From an uncultured SAR86 cluster bacterium (GTDB lineage Bacteria > Pseudomonadota > Gammaproteobacteria > Magnimaribacterales > AG-339-G14), in the NCBI GenBank assembly GCA_902570035.1, contig CACFWO010000003.1, positions 114,503 to 178,502 on the forward strand: a stretch of 64,000 bases of DNA, read 5' to 3'. Every line of letters starts with the position of its first letter. Position 1 is the first letter of the stretch. Positions 22,797 through 32,773 of this stretch are shown piece after piece. Both the position numbers and the translations under genes were made by a program. The notes under the pieces are model-generated. The model was not told where the DNA came from. It saw nothing but the letters and a program-made list of their open reading frames with translations, and ran no database searches.

Positions 22797-24022
22797 GATT
22801 TTAACTTCTCAAAAACTAAACTAACGTTAGTTCCCCCAAAGCCAAAGCTGTTATTCATTACAGCATCCAAATCCTGATTTCTGACTTCTGAAACTAAATC
22901 TAAACCTTCACCTTCTTCAATGGAGCTAGCAAGATTAAGGGTTTTTGATATAAAGCTGTTTTTTAGCATCAACAGTGAAAAAATACTTTCTAAAGCTCCA
23001 GCGGCACCAAGGGTATGTCCAGTTTGCGATTTTGTTGAGCTTATAGGAGGAATTTTATCTTTGAAAACCTTTTTTATTGACTCTAACTCAACAGGATCTC
23101 CAGCAGGTGTTGAAGTTCCATGAGCATTAATATAACCAATATTATCTTTTCCATGCATTTCAACAGCCTTAAGCATGCAATTAGTTGCTCCTTCTCCCGA
23201 GGGATGGACCATATCATCTCCATCAGAAGTAGCTCCATATCCAGTAATTTCAGCATAAATATCAGCGTTTCTTTCTAGAGCATGATCTAATTCCTCAACG
23301 ACGAGCATGCCAGCTCCTCCTGCAATAACAAAACCATCTCTGTCTATATCAAAAGGCCTTGATGCTTTCTCAGGACTCTCATTATATGAAGAGGACAGCG
23401 CTCCCATGGCATCAAACATACTAGACATTGTCCAATGCTCATCTTCAGCGCCACCAGCTAATATTATTTTTTGTTTTCCCAATTGAATTTGTTCCAAAGC
23501 TGATCCAATACAATGTGCGCTTGTTGAGCATGCAGAGGAAATAGAGAAATTTACCCCTTTGATGCCAAAAAAAGTTGCAAGAGCAGCTGAAACGGTGTTT
23601 CCCATTGTTTGAGTAACTCTATAGGGTCCTATTCTTTTAACTCCTTTGCTCTTAACTATATCTGCCGCTTCAACCTGGCTTCTAGAAGATGCCCCACCGG
23701 AACCTGCAATGACTCCAACGTCTTGTGAAGAAAACCTTGATAGATCCATACCTGAGTCTTTTATTGCCTCTGCAGTACTTAAATAGGCATAGCTTGCTGC
23801 TTCTCCCATAAATCTCAAATGTTTTCTATCAATGAGATCCTTTAGATTTAAATTAATGGAGCCAGAAATCTGACTTCGCATTCCCAGTTCTTTGTACGAT
23901 TCATTGAAACGTATCCCTGATGTACCCAGTTTAAGAGATTTAGTTATTTCAGAAATATTGTTACCTATGCAAGATATTGCACCAATTCCTGTTATTACTG
24001 CTCTTTTTAAAGTGCTCATCAA
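22793..24022 (-). CDS. fabB: 3-oxoacyl-ACP synthase I (KAS I)
   Basis: 409 aa. Active-site region [28 protein letters not shown]. Immediately downstream of fabA with a 4-nt overlap (fabAB operon). Confidence 0.9.
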   Translation of the reverse strand: MMSTLKRAVITGIGAISCIGNNISEITKSLKLGTSGIRFNESYKELGMRSQISGSINLNLKDLIDRKHLRFMGEAASYAYLSTAEAIKDSGMDLSRFSSQDVGVIAGSGGASSRSQVEAADIVKSKGVKRIGPYRVTQTMGNTVSAALATFFGIKGVNFSISSACSTSAHCIGSALEQIQLGKQKIILAGGAEDEHWTMSSMFDAMGALSSSYNESPEKASRPFDIDRDGFVIAGGAGMLVVEELDHALERNADIYAEITGYGATSDGDDMVHPSGEGATNCMLKAVEMHGKDNIGYINAHGTSTPAGDPVELESIKKVFKDKIPPISSTKSQTGHTLGAAGALESIFSLLMLKNSFISKTLNLASSIEEGEGLDLVSEVRNQDLDAVMNNSFGFGGTNVSLVFEKLKS

Positions 24023-24540
24023 AAATTACCAGGGTTCTCAAAAAGCCCAACTTTTAAGTTCTTCGCCGAATAAATTTCCTTCCCATCAACGTACATTAAT
24101 CCGTCTGCAACTCCAAGAACAGTTTTTGTTGAGAGCATTCTTTTTATATGTATCTCATATTTAACCGTTTTAGCATGAGGAAGCACTTGACCATAAAATT
24201 TAACCTGACCGGCGCCAAGAGCTCTTCCTATTCCATGATTACCAGACCAAAGTAAATAAAACCCCAAAATTTGCCACATTGCGTCCAAACCCAAGCAACC
24301 AGGCATAACTGGATCATCTTTGAAATGACAATCAAAAAACCAAAGATTCTCATTAATATCAAGTTCTGCTTCTATTAGTCCATTTGAATAATTACCCTTA
24401 TCTCCTGATATTGAAGTAATTCTATCTAGCATCAGCATATTGCTACTTGGAAGCTTTCCATCATTTTCATGAAATAGCTCTCCTTTCGAGCAAAGTTGAA
24501 GTTCTTCTTTGGTGAAAGAATTCTTTTCTGTAAATTTCAT
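24019..24540 (-). CDS. fabA: 3-hydroxydecanoyl-ACP dehydratase/isomerase
   Basis: 173 aa. [23 protein letters not shown] active-site region. Confidence 0.95.
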   Translation of the reverse strand: MKFTEKNSFTKEELQLCSKGELFHENDGKLPSSNMLMLDRITSISGDKGNYSNGLIEAELDINENLWFFDCHFKDDPVMPGCLGLDAMWQILGFYLLWSGNHGIGRALGAGQVKFYGQVLPHAKTVKYEIHIKRMLSTKTVLGVADGLMYVDGKEIYSAKNLKVGLFENPGNF

Positions 24541-24584
24541 TAATCTCTCAAGTACAAATTATCATAGTTGATTTATTGAATCTA

Positions 24585-24613
24585 TTGCGACAAAGAACTT
24601 ATTTAGATATCAT
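24585..24613 (+). promoter_or_regulatory. candidate sigma70 promoter for rplU-rpmA-obg-proB (TTGCGA-17 nt-TATCAT)
   Basis: -35 TTGCGA 24585-24590, 17-nt spacer, -10 TATCAT 24608-24613. Lies 23 nt upstream of the rplU ATG in the 96-nt divergent gap. Confidence 0.4.
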
Positions 24614-24636
24614 TCGACCTCAATTTTGATATAAAA

Positions 24637-24948
24637 ATGTACGCAGTAATTAAAACAGGTGGTAAGCAGCATAAAGTAGCTGAAGGAGAAATTCTTAAAG
24701 TTGAAAAACTTAAAGCTTCTGAAGGAGAACCTTTTGATATTACTGATGTGCTTTTAATTGAGAAAGATGGCGAAGTTACTCTTGGCTCTCCTTTTATTGA
24801 AGGGGCAAAAGTAACTGCAAAAATCCTTCGACACGGAAAAGAAGATAAAGTAACGATTATTAAAATGAAAAGAAGGAAGGACTACAGGAAAAAGCAAGGT
24901 CATCGTCAAAATTATAGTGAAATTCAAATAGAGCAAATTTCGGTTTAA
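24637..24948 (+). CDS. rplU: 50S ribosomal protein L21
   Basis: 103 aa. [15 protein letters not shown]-terminus. Confidence 0.97.
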   Translation: MYAVIKTGGKQHKVAEGEILKVEKLKASEGEPFDITDVLLIEKDGEVTLGSPFIEGAKVTAKILRHGKEDKVTIIKMKRRKDYRKKQGHRQNYSEIQIEQISV

Positions 24949-24950
24949 GT

Positions 24951-25211
24951 ATGGCACATAAAAAAGCAGGTGGTAGCAGTAGAAACGGAAGAGATTCTGA
25001 ATCTAAAAGACTGGGCGTTAAAAGGTACGGCGGCCAACTGGTATCTGCTGGCTCTATTCTAGTGAGACAAAGGGGCACAAAGTTTCATCCTGGCACGAAT
25101 GTTGGAATTGGAAAAGATCATACACTTTTTGCAAAAATTGACGGTACTGTATCTTTCAGCAAAAAAGGTAGGAATCTTAGAAAATTCATAAATATCACTC
25201 GCGCAGATTAA
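24951..25211 (+). CDS. rpmA: 50S ribosomal protein L27
   Basis: 86 aa. [24 protein letters not shown]. Confidence 0.98.
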   Translation: MAHKKAGGSSRNGRDSESKRLGVKRYGGQLVSAGSILVRQRGTKFHPGTNVGIGKDHTLFAKIDGTVSFSKKGRNLRKFINITRAD

Positions 25212-25214
25212 AAA

Positions 25215-26225
25215 ATGAGCTTCATTGACGAAGCTGCTATTCACTTAATAGCTGGCTCTGGTGGAAACGGATGCTTAAGCTTCAGAAGAGAAAAATTTAT
25301 TCCTAAGGGCGGTCCCGATGGGGGTGATGGAGGAAAAGGCGGTAGCATTTTTCTCAAAGCTGATAGCTCTTTGACAACGCTGCAAGACTTTAGATTACAA
25401 AAAAAATATCAAGCTAAAAATGGCTCTAATGGCGAGGGTAAAAATAAACATGGCAAGGATGCCAGTGACATAATTTTAAAAGTTCCCGTTGGTACTGTTA
25501 TTTTTGAAGAATCAACTGAAGAAGAGATAGCTGACTTAAAAAAAGATGGTGATCTTTTTGAAGTTGTTTCTGGAGGAAAGGGTGGATTAGGGAATGCAAG
25601 GTTCAAGTCATCTACGAATAGAGCTCCCAGAAAAACCACAGAAGGAGAAAAGGGAGAAGAGTTATCCCTTCAGTTAGAACTAAGATTAATAGCTGATGTT
25701 GGTCTCTTAGGATTTCCAAATGCAGGAAAATCTACCCTAATTTCAAGTATATCCGAGGCAAAACCCAAAATAGCCAACTATCCGTTTACTACTCTAACCC
25801 CTAATCTTGGAGTGGTTGAGGCTAAATCTCTCAATCCATATGTAATTGCAGATATTCCAGGATTAATTCCAGGAGCTGCCAAAGGGGCAGGACTTGGGAT
25901 AAGATTTTTAAAACATTTATCTAGAGTAAAGTTGTTGCTTCATCTAATTGATGTATCAGAAATCAAACCTGAAGATGTAGAGGAAAAAAAGAATTCCCTA
26001 GATAAAGAGCTAAAAGAATTTGACGAATCTTTATCTAAGCTAGAACAATGGATTGTTTTAACTAAAGCAGACACAAAAACAGAGTTAAAGAATGATTATT
26101 TATCTGAGACAAAAAAGACATACAGCAATGAAGTTTTTTTAATATCTTCTATAACTGGGGAAGGATTAAGCGAACTAGTCAAAAAGGTCAGCACAAAAAT
26201 CATAGAGATTAACAGTAATGAGTAA
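25215..26225 (+). CDS. obgE: GTPase Obg/CgtA
   Basis: 336 aa. Glycine-rich Obg fold (GGNGCLSFRREKFIPKGGPDGGDGGKGG) and G domain GFPNAGKSTL. Confidence 0.96.
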   Translation: MSFIDEAAIHLIAGSGGNGCLSFRREKFIPKGGPDGGDGGKGGSIFLKADSSLTTLQDFRLQKKYQAKNGSNGEGKNKHGKDASDIILKVPVGTVIFEESTEEEIADLKKDGDLFEVVSGGKGGLGNARFKSSTNRAPRKTTEGEKGEELSLQLELRLIADVGLLGFPNAGKSTLISSISEAKPKIANYPFTTLTPNLGVVEAKSLNPYVIADIPGLIPGAAKGAGLGIRFLKHLSRVKLLLHLIDVSEIKPEDVEEKKNSLDKELKEFDESLSKLEQWIVLTKADTKTELKNDYLSETKKTYSNEVFLISSITGEGLSELVKKVSTKIIEINSNE

Positions 26226-26988
26226 TTCAGTGGTAGTAATCAAAATAGGATCCTCCTTAATTTCACAAGGAAGTCGAGAAAATTCAGCTTTTTTTAAAAG
26301 ACTTGCTAAGTGCATTCAGAATTTCAGAGAAAATGAATTTGATGTAGTTTTAGTTTCATCTGGCGCGATTTCCTATGGAATGAAGAAAAGAGGCATAGAA
26401 AAAAAACCAAAGAATATCAAACATCTTCAATCATTATCAGCTGTTGGCCAAATAGGGCTTATCAATGCTTACCAGAAAAATTTTGATAAATTCAAAATAG
26501 AGGTTGCTCAAGTTCTCCTCAGTCACAGTGATTTTAAATCTGAAACAAAATCCAACAATATTAAATCCAGCATCAATAATCTCCTCAGATGGGGTATAAC
26601 GCCAATAGTCAATGAAAATGATTCTGTATCAACAGAAGAAATTGAGAGAGGAGATAATGATCAATTAAGTGCAAAACTAGCAAATCTTATTAATTCTAAA
26701 AAACTTATTCTTTATACAGATCAAAAAGGTTTATATTCAAAAGATCCAAGAACAAATGAGGACGCAGTACTTATTGACGAAGTCAGCCTTAAAGCACTTT
26801 CAAATCAAAAAATTATTTTTGGAGACTCTGGTAAGTTAGGAAGAGGAGGCATGAAAACTAAATTATCAGCTATGAAAATTTTCTTAATTAATAATCAAAG
26901 GATTGGCTATATCCTAAGCGGCCATGAAAAAGACCTATTTGGTTCATTGCAAAACCAAAGAAAGAGAACTAGATTGAAATTAAGCTGA
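26218..26988 (+). CDS. proB: glutamate 5-kinase (short form, no PUA domain)
   Basis: 256 aa. Amino-acid-kinase fold (VVIKIGSS..., VLVSSGAI, NENDSV). Follows obg as in Pseudomonas. Confidence 0.9.
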   Translation: MSNSVVVIKIGSSLISQGSRENSAFFKRLAKCIQNFRENEFDVVLVSSGAISYGMKKRGIEKKPKNIKHLQSLSAVGQIGLINAYQKNFDKFKIEVAQVLLSHSDFKSETKSNNIKSSINNLLRWGITPIVNENDSVSTEEIERGDNDQLSAKLANLINSKKLILYTDQKGLYSKDPRTNEDAVLIDEVSLKALSNQKIIFGDSGKLGRGGMKTKLSAMKIFLINNQRIGYILSGHEKDLFGSLQNQRKRTRLKLS

Positions 26989-27249
26989 TTTAAGAGCTTT
27001 TAATTTTTTGTTGAGTCTTGATTTAGTTCTTGCAACGTGATTTTTTGGAAGAACTTTTTTGTTGGCAAGTTTGTCCATCAGTTTCTGAGTTTTCTTAAAC
27101 TCATTCCCCGCAGCTTCAATATCTTTATCATCAAGTGCTTTTTCAAAAGCCTTGATACTTGTCCTTGCAGAAGCACGTTGAGAGCTTTTAAGGACATTTC
27201 TTCTATTAGCTTGCCTAGCTCTTTTAATTGCTGATTTAATGTTTGCCAT
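26980..27249 (-). CDS. rpsT: 30S ribosomal protein S20
   Basis: Homolog-like start MANIKSAIKRARQ at 27249 (the track ORF extends 63 nt further upstream). 89 aa. Confidence 0.95.
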   Translation of the reverse strand: MANIKSAIKRARQANRRNVLKSSQRASARTSIKAFEKALDDKDIEAAGNEFKKTQKLMDKLANKKVLPKNHVARTKSRLNKKLKALKSA

Positions 27250-27314
27250 AGGTGCGGAATGATGAAGATAACAAACTAATTTGTCAATATAATACTTAAC
27301 AAGTTTATTCATTC

Positions 27315-29459
27315 ATGCGAAAACTAGCCATAATCCTTATTTCCATTAGTTTGTTATCGTGCGAGCAGTTAAGCAAGAATGATAATAATAATTTGGAATC
27401 AATTTATCCCATGACTAAAAAAGTTAATACTTCTGATTTATATTTTTCAAAAGAAATTCAAGATCCATATAGATGGCTTGAGGATGATCTGGATGAAGAG
27501 ACAAAGAGTTGGATAGAAGATCAAAATCTCTTTACTGATAAATACTTTGAAAAATCAGATTCTAAAGAACAAATAAAAAGGGGACTAAAACAGATTTGGG
27601 ATTATGAGAAATTTTCTTCGCCCTTTAAAGAAGGAAATTACATTTATTTTTTTAAGAATAGCGGCCTTCAAAATCAATCAGTGCTTTACCGAAAAGACTC
27701 TCAAGGAGTTGAGGAAGTCTTTTTAGATCCTAACTCGCTTAGTGATGATGGAACTATCTCTTTATCTGATATTAGTTTTAGTAAAGATGGAAGTGTTGCT
27801 GCTTATGCAATTTCTGATGGTGGAAGCGATTGGCGGAAAGTATTTTTTTTGGATACAGAAGGCAAATCATTGTTATCAGATTCTCTAATCAATGTTAAGT
27901 TTTCTTCATTAAGTTGGAAAAGCAATGAAGGTATCTACTATTCAACTTACGATGCTCCTGAAGGAAGTGAATTAAGTTCTTTAAATAACAACCACAAACT
28001 TTATTTTCATAAATTAGGAACTACCCAAGAAAAAGATCAAATTATCTTTGGAAACAAGGCTGAACAAAAAAGAAGATATGTTTCATCCTCTGTGACGGAG
28101 GATCAAAAATACTTAATCATATCTGCCGCAAATTCCACATCTGGAAATGAGCTCTATTTAATAAATCATTTAGATAAAAATCCAAAAATCAAAACTATTA
28201 ATGACAATCTTTCTATCGATGTTTATTTATTAGATAGCCTAGACGATGAGCTTTTTTTAGTGACTAATGATAATGCTGATAATCAAAAAATTATTTCCGT
28301 TCAAGCTAAAGAACCTTCTTTGGATAAATCCAAAGATTTAATTCCAGAACAGACTTCTGTGATGAGTCCAAACTCCTCAGGAGGTTTTATATTTGTTGAG
28401 TTAATGCAAGATGCTATTTCAAAAACTTTTCAATATGATTTTTCAGGGAAACTTATCAGAGAAGTTGAACTGCCAGGTATAGGAAGCGTTTCTCCAATTT
28501 CAGGAAAAAGAGAGGACGAAGAACTTTTCTATTCTTTCTCAAATTATCATACGCCTCCCACAATCTATAGTTTTGATCCTAAGAGCGGCATATCAAAGAT
28601 TTATTTCAAGCCAAAGATAAATTTTGATCCTGAAAAATATATATCGGAGCAGGTTTTTTATACCTCTAAAGATGGAACAAAAGTTCCAATGATCATCACA
28701 TATAAAAAAGGTTTGAGTAAAAATGGTAAAAATCCAACAATTCTTTATGGATATGGAGGTTTTAATATTTCTCTCACTCCAAATTTCAGCAGCATTATGG
28801 CTTATTGGTTAGAAAAAGGTGGAGTTTATGCGGTTCCAAATATCAGAGGAGGTGGAGAATATGGTAAGAAATGGCATCTATCTGGGACAAAAATGAATAA
28901 GCAAAATGTATTTGATGATTTTATCTATGCCGCAAGATTTCTTATTTCAGAGGGCTATACAAAATCAGAAAACTTAATTTTGAGAGGAGGTTCAAATGGA
29001 GGTCTTTTAGTTGGCGCTGTTATGACACAAGAGCCTCAGCTTGCTAGAGTTGCTCTCCCTGCAGTGGGTGTACTAGATATGCTCAGGTATCATAAATTTA
29101 CTGCCGGTGCAGGCTGGGCTTATGATTATGGAACATCGGATGAAAGTGAAGAGATGTTCAACTATCTTTTGTCTTATTCACCATTACACAACATTAAAGA
29201 CGAAGTCTCTTATCCCGCCACATTGATAACAACAGGTGATCATGACGATAGGGTAGTCCCAGCTCATTCTTATAAATTTGCTGCTACCCTTCAAGAAGCT
29301 AATTCAAGTGAAAATCCTATTTTGATTAGAATAGAAACTCAAGCCGGTCATGGCGCAGGTACACCGACCGAAATAATTCTAGATTCCTACTCAGAGATAT
29401 TCTCCTTCATTTTATTAAATGTGGAAAATAACTTTCTAACTACTCAAATTAGTCCTTGA
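27315..29459 (+). CDS. prolyl oligopeptidase (S9A serine peptidase) with lipoprotein-type signal peptide
   Basis: 714 aa. N-terminal MRKLAIILISISLLSC lipobox. POP N-terminal signature DPYRWLED. Catalytic GGSNGGLL (Ser), DHDDRV (Asp), AGHGAG (His). Confidence 0.9.
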   Translation: MRKLAIILISISLLSCEQLSKNDNNNLESIYPMTKKVNTSDLYFSKEIQDPYRWLEDDLDEETKSWIEDQNLFTDKYFEKSDSKEQIKRGLKQIWDYEKFSSPFKEGNYIYFFKNSGLQNQSVLYRKDSQGVEEVFLDPNSLSDDGTISLSDISFSKDGSVAAYAISDGGSDWRKVFFLDTEGKSLLSDSLINVKFSSLSWKSNEGIYYSTYDAPEGSELSSLNNNHKLYFHKLGTTQEKDQIIFGNKAEQKRRYVSSSVTEDQKYLIISAANSTSGNELYLINHLDKNPKIKTINDNLSIDVYLLDSLDDELFLVTNDNADNQKIISVQAKEPSLDKSKDLIPEQTSVMSPNSSGGFIFVELMQDAISKTFQYDFSGKLIREVELPGIGSVSPISGKREDEELFYSFSNYHTPPTIYSFDPKSGISKIYFKPKINFDPEKYISEQVFYTSKDGTKVPMIITYKKGLSKNGKNPTILYGYGGFNISLTPNFSSIMAYWLEKGGVYAVPNIRGGGEYGKKWHLSGTKMNKQNVFDDFIYAARFLISEGYTKSENLILRGGSNGGLLVGAVMTQEPQLARVALPAVGVLDMLRYHKFTAGAGWAYDYGTSDESEEMFNYLLSYSPLHNIKDEVSYPATLITTGDHDDRVVPAHSYKFAATLQEANSSENPILIRIETQAGHGAGTPTEIILDSYSEIFSFILLNVENNFLTTQISP

Positions 29460-29766
29460 GACATTTTCCAGAATACAGTTTAGTTAGATGAGTTAATCTA
29501 GCGTTTATCGAATCCTGATTTTTTTTAGCTTGTTGCTCATTCACTATAATTCCTGGCCAAAAAAAGAAACCAAGCGCTACATTATCCCCAGTAGCTCCTG
29601 ATTCAGATTTAACTTCCTCAAATTTTGCTCCAAGGTTAGTTAATTCCATATTTAGTTGGGCACAATTCATATCAAAATCACCAGCTTGCACTGTCTGGAC
29701 GGTTTGATTAGAAACACATCCTGTAATGATAAGAAGACTAAAAAAAATTATTAAAGTTTTTTTCAT
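29449..29766 (-). CDS. small lipoprotein of unknown function
   Basis: Start trimmed to MKKTLIIFFSLLIITGC (signal peptide plus lipobox) at 29766. The track's upstream extension would run through the tmRNA 3' end. 105 aa with a conserved-looking Cys pair. Confidence 0.65.
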   Translation of the reverse strand: MKKTLIIFFSLLIITGCVSNQTVQTVQAGDFDMNCAQLNMELTNLGAKFEEVKSESGATGDNVALGFFFWPGIIVNEQQAKKNQDSINARLTHLTKLYSGKCLKD

Positions 29767-29786
29767 ATTAAAATAATAACATTTTT

Positions 29787-30135
29787 TGGTGGAGGCGGCG
29801 GGTATCGAACCCGCGTCCAACTAACTCTTACCTTCAGATCTACATGCTTATTTCATCAATTTTCTTTTACTTCCATGGCCCGATGAAAAGGGATTAGAAG
29901 AGTAAGCTCAGAAAAGTCTTATCAAAATGGGTCTGAGCAACACATTTCAAGCATTCTACTAGTCGACTTCGCTTATCCCTTAGTAGAAGTCAGGGTAAGG
30001 AAGCTAGCTTAATTATGCAGCTAGTGCGTAGTTGTTTTTGCCAACTAATTGTTTTGAGAACTGTTTAACGAGAACTCCTCAATCTCGACATGCACTTAAG
30101 GTTCGAAAGAAAGATGTCTAATCCTGTTCGCCCCC
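29787..30135 (-). ncRNA. ssrA: tmRNA (SsrA), one-piece
   Basis: Reverse complement starts GGGGGCGAACAGGAT and ends GGACGCGGGTTCGATACCCGCCGCCTCCACCA. The 7-bp acceptor stem has a G3-U pair (alanine identity) and there is a T-arm GCGGG-TTCGATA-CCCGC. An internal tag frame ends ...YALAA-TAA. Directly downstream of smpB. Confidence 0.95.
30013..30042 (-). other. tmRNA tag reading frame, (G)KNNYALAA + TAA
   Basis: Reverse complement reads GGC AAA AAC AAC TAC GCA CTA GCT GCA TAA. The exact resume codon is uncertain. Confidence 0.8.
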
Positions 30136-30165
30136 AAAAAAGCAAGTAATTGTATCTAATGATCA

Positions 30166-30633
30166 TCAGTTAGAAAAATTTTCTAACGAAGATTTTTCCT
30201 TTCTCCACTCCTTATTTTTCAAAGAATGTCTCTTATCGTATTTTGATTTTCCTCGAGCCACAGAAATTTTTACTTTAACTAAATTATTTTTCCAAAAAAT
30301 TTTTATGGGGACGCAACTCAATCCTTTTTCATTTGTTTGTTTGAAAAGCTTAGATAACTCTGCCTTAGTAAGCAAAAGCTTTCTAGATCTTTCTGATGAA
30401 ACTTCGTAAGTGATCTCTTTCATGGGAAGAATTTTCAATCCAATAATCCATGCTTCTCCCTTTTTTAGAACAACGTAAGCATTTTTTAATTCTATCTGCC
30501 CATTTCTGATGCTTTTTACCTCCCAGCCTTCCAAAGAAATTCCTGCTTCAAAATCATCTAAAAGCTCATAATTAAATCTTGCTTGGCGATTTTCAATTGT
30601 TGGCCGCAAGTTACTTTTTTTGGAGGTGTTCAT
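30166..30633 (-). CDS. smpB: SsrA-binding protein SmpB
   Basis: 155 aa. IENRQARFNYELLDDFEAGISLEGWEVKS and the basic C-terminal tail are typical of SmpB. Adjacent to ssrA. Confidence 0.96.
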   Translation of the reverse strand: MNTSKKSNLRPTIENRQARFNYELLDDFEAGISLEGWEVKSIRNGQIELKNAYVVLKKGEAWIIGLKILPMKEITYEVSSERSRKLLLTKAELSKLFKQTNEKGLSCVPIKIFWKNNLVKVKISVARGKSKYDKRHSLKNKEWRKEKSSLENFSN

Positions 30634-30681
30634 TAATGTAGTATAACTATTTAGTAATGATTCTTTTAGAGACGTCTTTGT

Positions 30682-32025
30682 ATGGCAAATAATTCAAAAA
30701 TCTGGAAAGGCAATTGGACTTTTATCTTGGCTGCGGCAGGATCCGCTGTAGGCCTTGGAAATATTTGGAAATTTCCTTACATGGCGGGTGAAAATGGAGG
30801 AGGAGCATTTGTAATAATTTATCTAGCCTGCATCGTATTAATTGGATTTCCAGTAATGATGTCCGAGATTTTCCTAGGAAAATACGGAAGATCGAGCCCA
30901 GTCTATACAATGAAAAAATTTGTTTCCCTCAAAGGAATTTCTTCGTATTGGGTTTTGCTAGGTTGGTTTGGTGCCTTAGCAGGTTTAATGATCCTATCTT
31001 ATTACAGCGTTTTTGCGGGTATTTCTTTGGCTTATATTTTTAGTCCTATTCCTGCTGACTCACTGAATCCTTCTCAATATTCTGTTGATTTTTTTGCTCA
31101 GTTTCAGTCTTCTCCAATGAGGATGATCTTTTGGCACAGCATTTTTTTGATTTTTACTTGTTTCATAGTTGCTAAGGGAGTTGTTGATGGAATTGGAGCC
31201 ACCATAAAGATAATTATGCCAACGTTATTTTTTTTGATAATTCTGCTTTCAATTTATTCGTCATTTACGGGAGAAATTGGAAAAGCTATCAGTTTTCTTT
31301 TCATGCCAGATTTTTCTAAGATCTCGTCAAGTGTAATTATTAGCGCCATGGGGCAGGCTTTTTTTACTTTGAGTTTAGGTATGGGGGCAATTATGGCTTA
31401 CGGAGCATATATCCCTGAGGAACAAAACTTAACCAAAACTGTCAGCTTGATAATTTTTCTAGATACTTTTGTTGCCATAATTGCTGGAATAATTATTTTT
31501 CCAATCGTATTTGCTAATCCAGAGCTTACTCCAACTGCTGGTCCATCATTATTTTTTGAGACCCTGCCTGTAGCTTTTTATGGAATTCCCTTTAGTTTTT
31601 TTGCTTCAGCTCTGTTTTTTATTCTTGTTTCGTTAGCTGCCTTGAGTTCATCTGTATCCTTAATCGAACCCAGTACAGCCTGGATGGAAGATAGATTTAA
31701 AATTTCCAGGACTTATGCTGTCACTATCCTTGGATCCATTGCTTGGATATTGGGACTTGGAAGTTTGTTCTCATTTAATTTAATTGCAGACTTTCAAATA
31801 TTTTCGATGTCATTTTTAGACTTTATGGACTTTCTAACAAACTCAATCATGCTGCCATTGGGTGGCTTGTTTATTGCTTTACTAGTTGGATGGATTCTTT
31901 CAGAGAATTTTGTCAAAGAAGAAATGAAGATAAAAAATGAACTTTATTGGAAAATTTGGATAAATCTAACTAGGTATGTCGCTCCAATCTTAATTGGATT
32001 GGTCTTTATTTTTGCTCTCTTCTAA
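30682..32025 (+). CDS. sodium-dependent transporter, neurotransmitter:sodium symporter (NSS/SNF) family
   Basis: 447 aa polytopic protein. TM1 signature GSAVGLGNIWKFPYMAGENGGGAF. Confidence 0.92.
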   Translation: MANNSKIWKGNWTFILAAAGSAVGLGNIWKFPYMAGENGGGAFVIIYLACIVLIGFPVMMSEIFLGKYGRSSPVYTMKKFVSLKGISSYWVLLGWFGALAGLMILSYYSVFAGISLAYIFSPIPADSLNPSQYSVDFFAQFQSSPMRMIFWHSIFLIFTCFIVAKGVVDGIGATIKIIMPTLFFLIILLSIYSSFTGEIGKAISFLFMPDFSKISSSVIISAMGQAFFTLSLGMGAIMAYGAYIPEEQNLTKTVSLIIFLDTFVAIIAGIIIFPIVFANPELTPTAGPSLFFETLPVAFYGIPFSFFASALFFILVSLAALSSSVSLIEPSTAWMEDRFKISRTYAVTILGSIAWILGLGSLFSFNLIADFQIFSMSFLDFMDFLTNSIMLPLGGLFIALLVGWILSENFVKEEMKIKNELYWKIWINLTRYVAPILIGLVFIFALF

Positions 32026-32325
32026 ATTATTTGTCCAAGACATAAGTCTCCCCGACTCAAATTTAAGGGTAAAGCTAGTTTTTCCTAGTAGTTTATCGCC
32101 ATGAATTATTTGTCGATAATACTCCCATCTATCTCTTTCTAAAGGATCGCGGATTAAAGGAGTTCCCATAATGAAATTTACTTGAGCTTCTGTCATACCA
32201 ACTTCTAATTGTTGGATCATCTCGTCTGTGACAAGGTTTCCTTGAGGTACCACCACTCTATAAAATCTATCCCCGCAGGAAATTAATACAAGAGAGATAA
32301 GAATTGCTATTATTGATTTATTCAT
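31990..32325 (-). CDS. bamE: outer membrane protein assembly factor BamE (SmpA/OmlA lipoprotein)
   Basis: Start trimmed to MNKSIIAILISLVLISC (lipobox) at 32325. GMTEAQVNFIMGTPLIRDP...RWEY matches the BamE fold motif. Confidence 0.8.
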   Translation of the reverse strand: MNKSIIAILISLVLISCGDRFYRVVVPQGNLVTDEMIQQLEVGMTEAQVNFIMGTPLIRDPLERDRWEYYRQIIHGDKLLGKTSFTLKFESGRLMSWTNNLEESKNKDQSN

Positions 32326-32362
32326 AGGAATCCCAATTATAATGGGGAATACACATAATAAA

Positions 32363-32773
32363 ATGGTTAAAGATAAGAATATTAGAGACGCAGGACTCAA
32401 GGTAACTTTGCCGAGGGTAAGGATTTTAGAAATTTTTGAGTCATCTGATCAGAAACATCTCAGCGCTGATGAAGTTTATAAAAAACTTATTGAGGCTGGA
32501 GATGAGGTAGGTTTGGCTACTGTTTACAGAGTTCTTACTCAGTTTGAATCGGCAGATATACTAATGAAACACAATTTCGAATCAGGCCATTCAGTTTATG
32601 AAATGATGCCAGACGATCATCATGACCACATGGTATGTATGGAAACAGGCAAGGTTATTGAATTTAATGATCAAATCATTGAAGAAAAACAAGAAGAATT
32701 AGCTAAGTCTTTGGGTTATAAAATCGTTGATCATAGGTTGGTTTTATACGTAGAACCTATAAAAAATGACTAA
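32363..32773 (+). CDS. fur: ferric uptake regulator
   Basis: LKVTLPRVRILEIF, ATVYRVLTQFE and the HHDH metal site. ATG 32363 gives a homolog-like N-terminus. ATG 32342 (track) is an alternative start. Confidence 0.93.
   Translation: MVKDKNIRDAGLKVTLPRVRILEIFESSDQKHLSADEVYKKLIEAGDEVGLATVYRVLTQFESADILMKHNFESGHSVYEMMPDDHHDHMVCMETGKVIEFNDQIIEEKQEELAKSLGYKIVDHRLVLYVEPIKND

Noticed and set aside
27315-29786. Genomic island inserted at the tmRNA 3' end.
   Set aside because: No integrase, no second copy of the tmRNA 3' segment (ggtatcgaacccgc seen only once), and no visible compositional shift. The flanking genes are ordinary envelope and peptidase genes.
29767-29820. ORF-track 5' extensions: lipoprotein into ssrA. 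Similar extensions at ssb 22326, rpsT 27312, bamE 32400, rpsD 17430, lpxA 48410, tas 59128, elaA 60204, bamA 44074.
   Set aside because: Each extension overlaps a neighbouring gene or RNA and precedes an internal start that reproduces the conserved N-terminus or signal peptide. The downstream starts were used.
32326-32362. Possible Fur box (AATTATAAT...ATAATAAA) in the bamE-fur spacer suggesting fur autoregulation.
   Set aside because: Only a loose resemblance to the GATAATGATAATCATTATC consensus. In DNA this AT-rich such matches are expected by chance.
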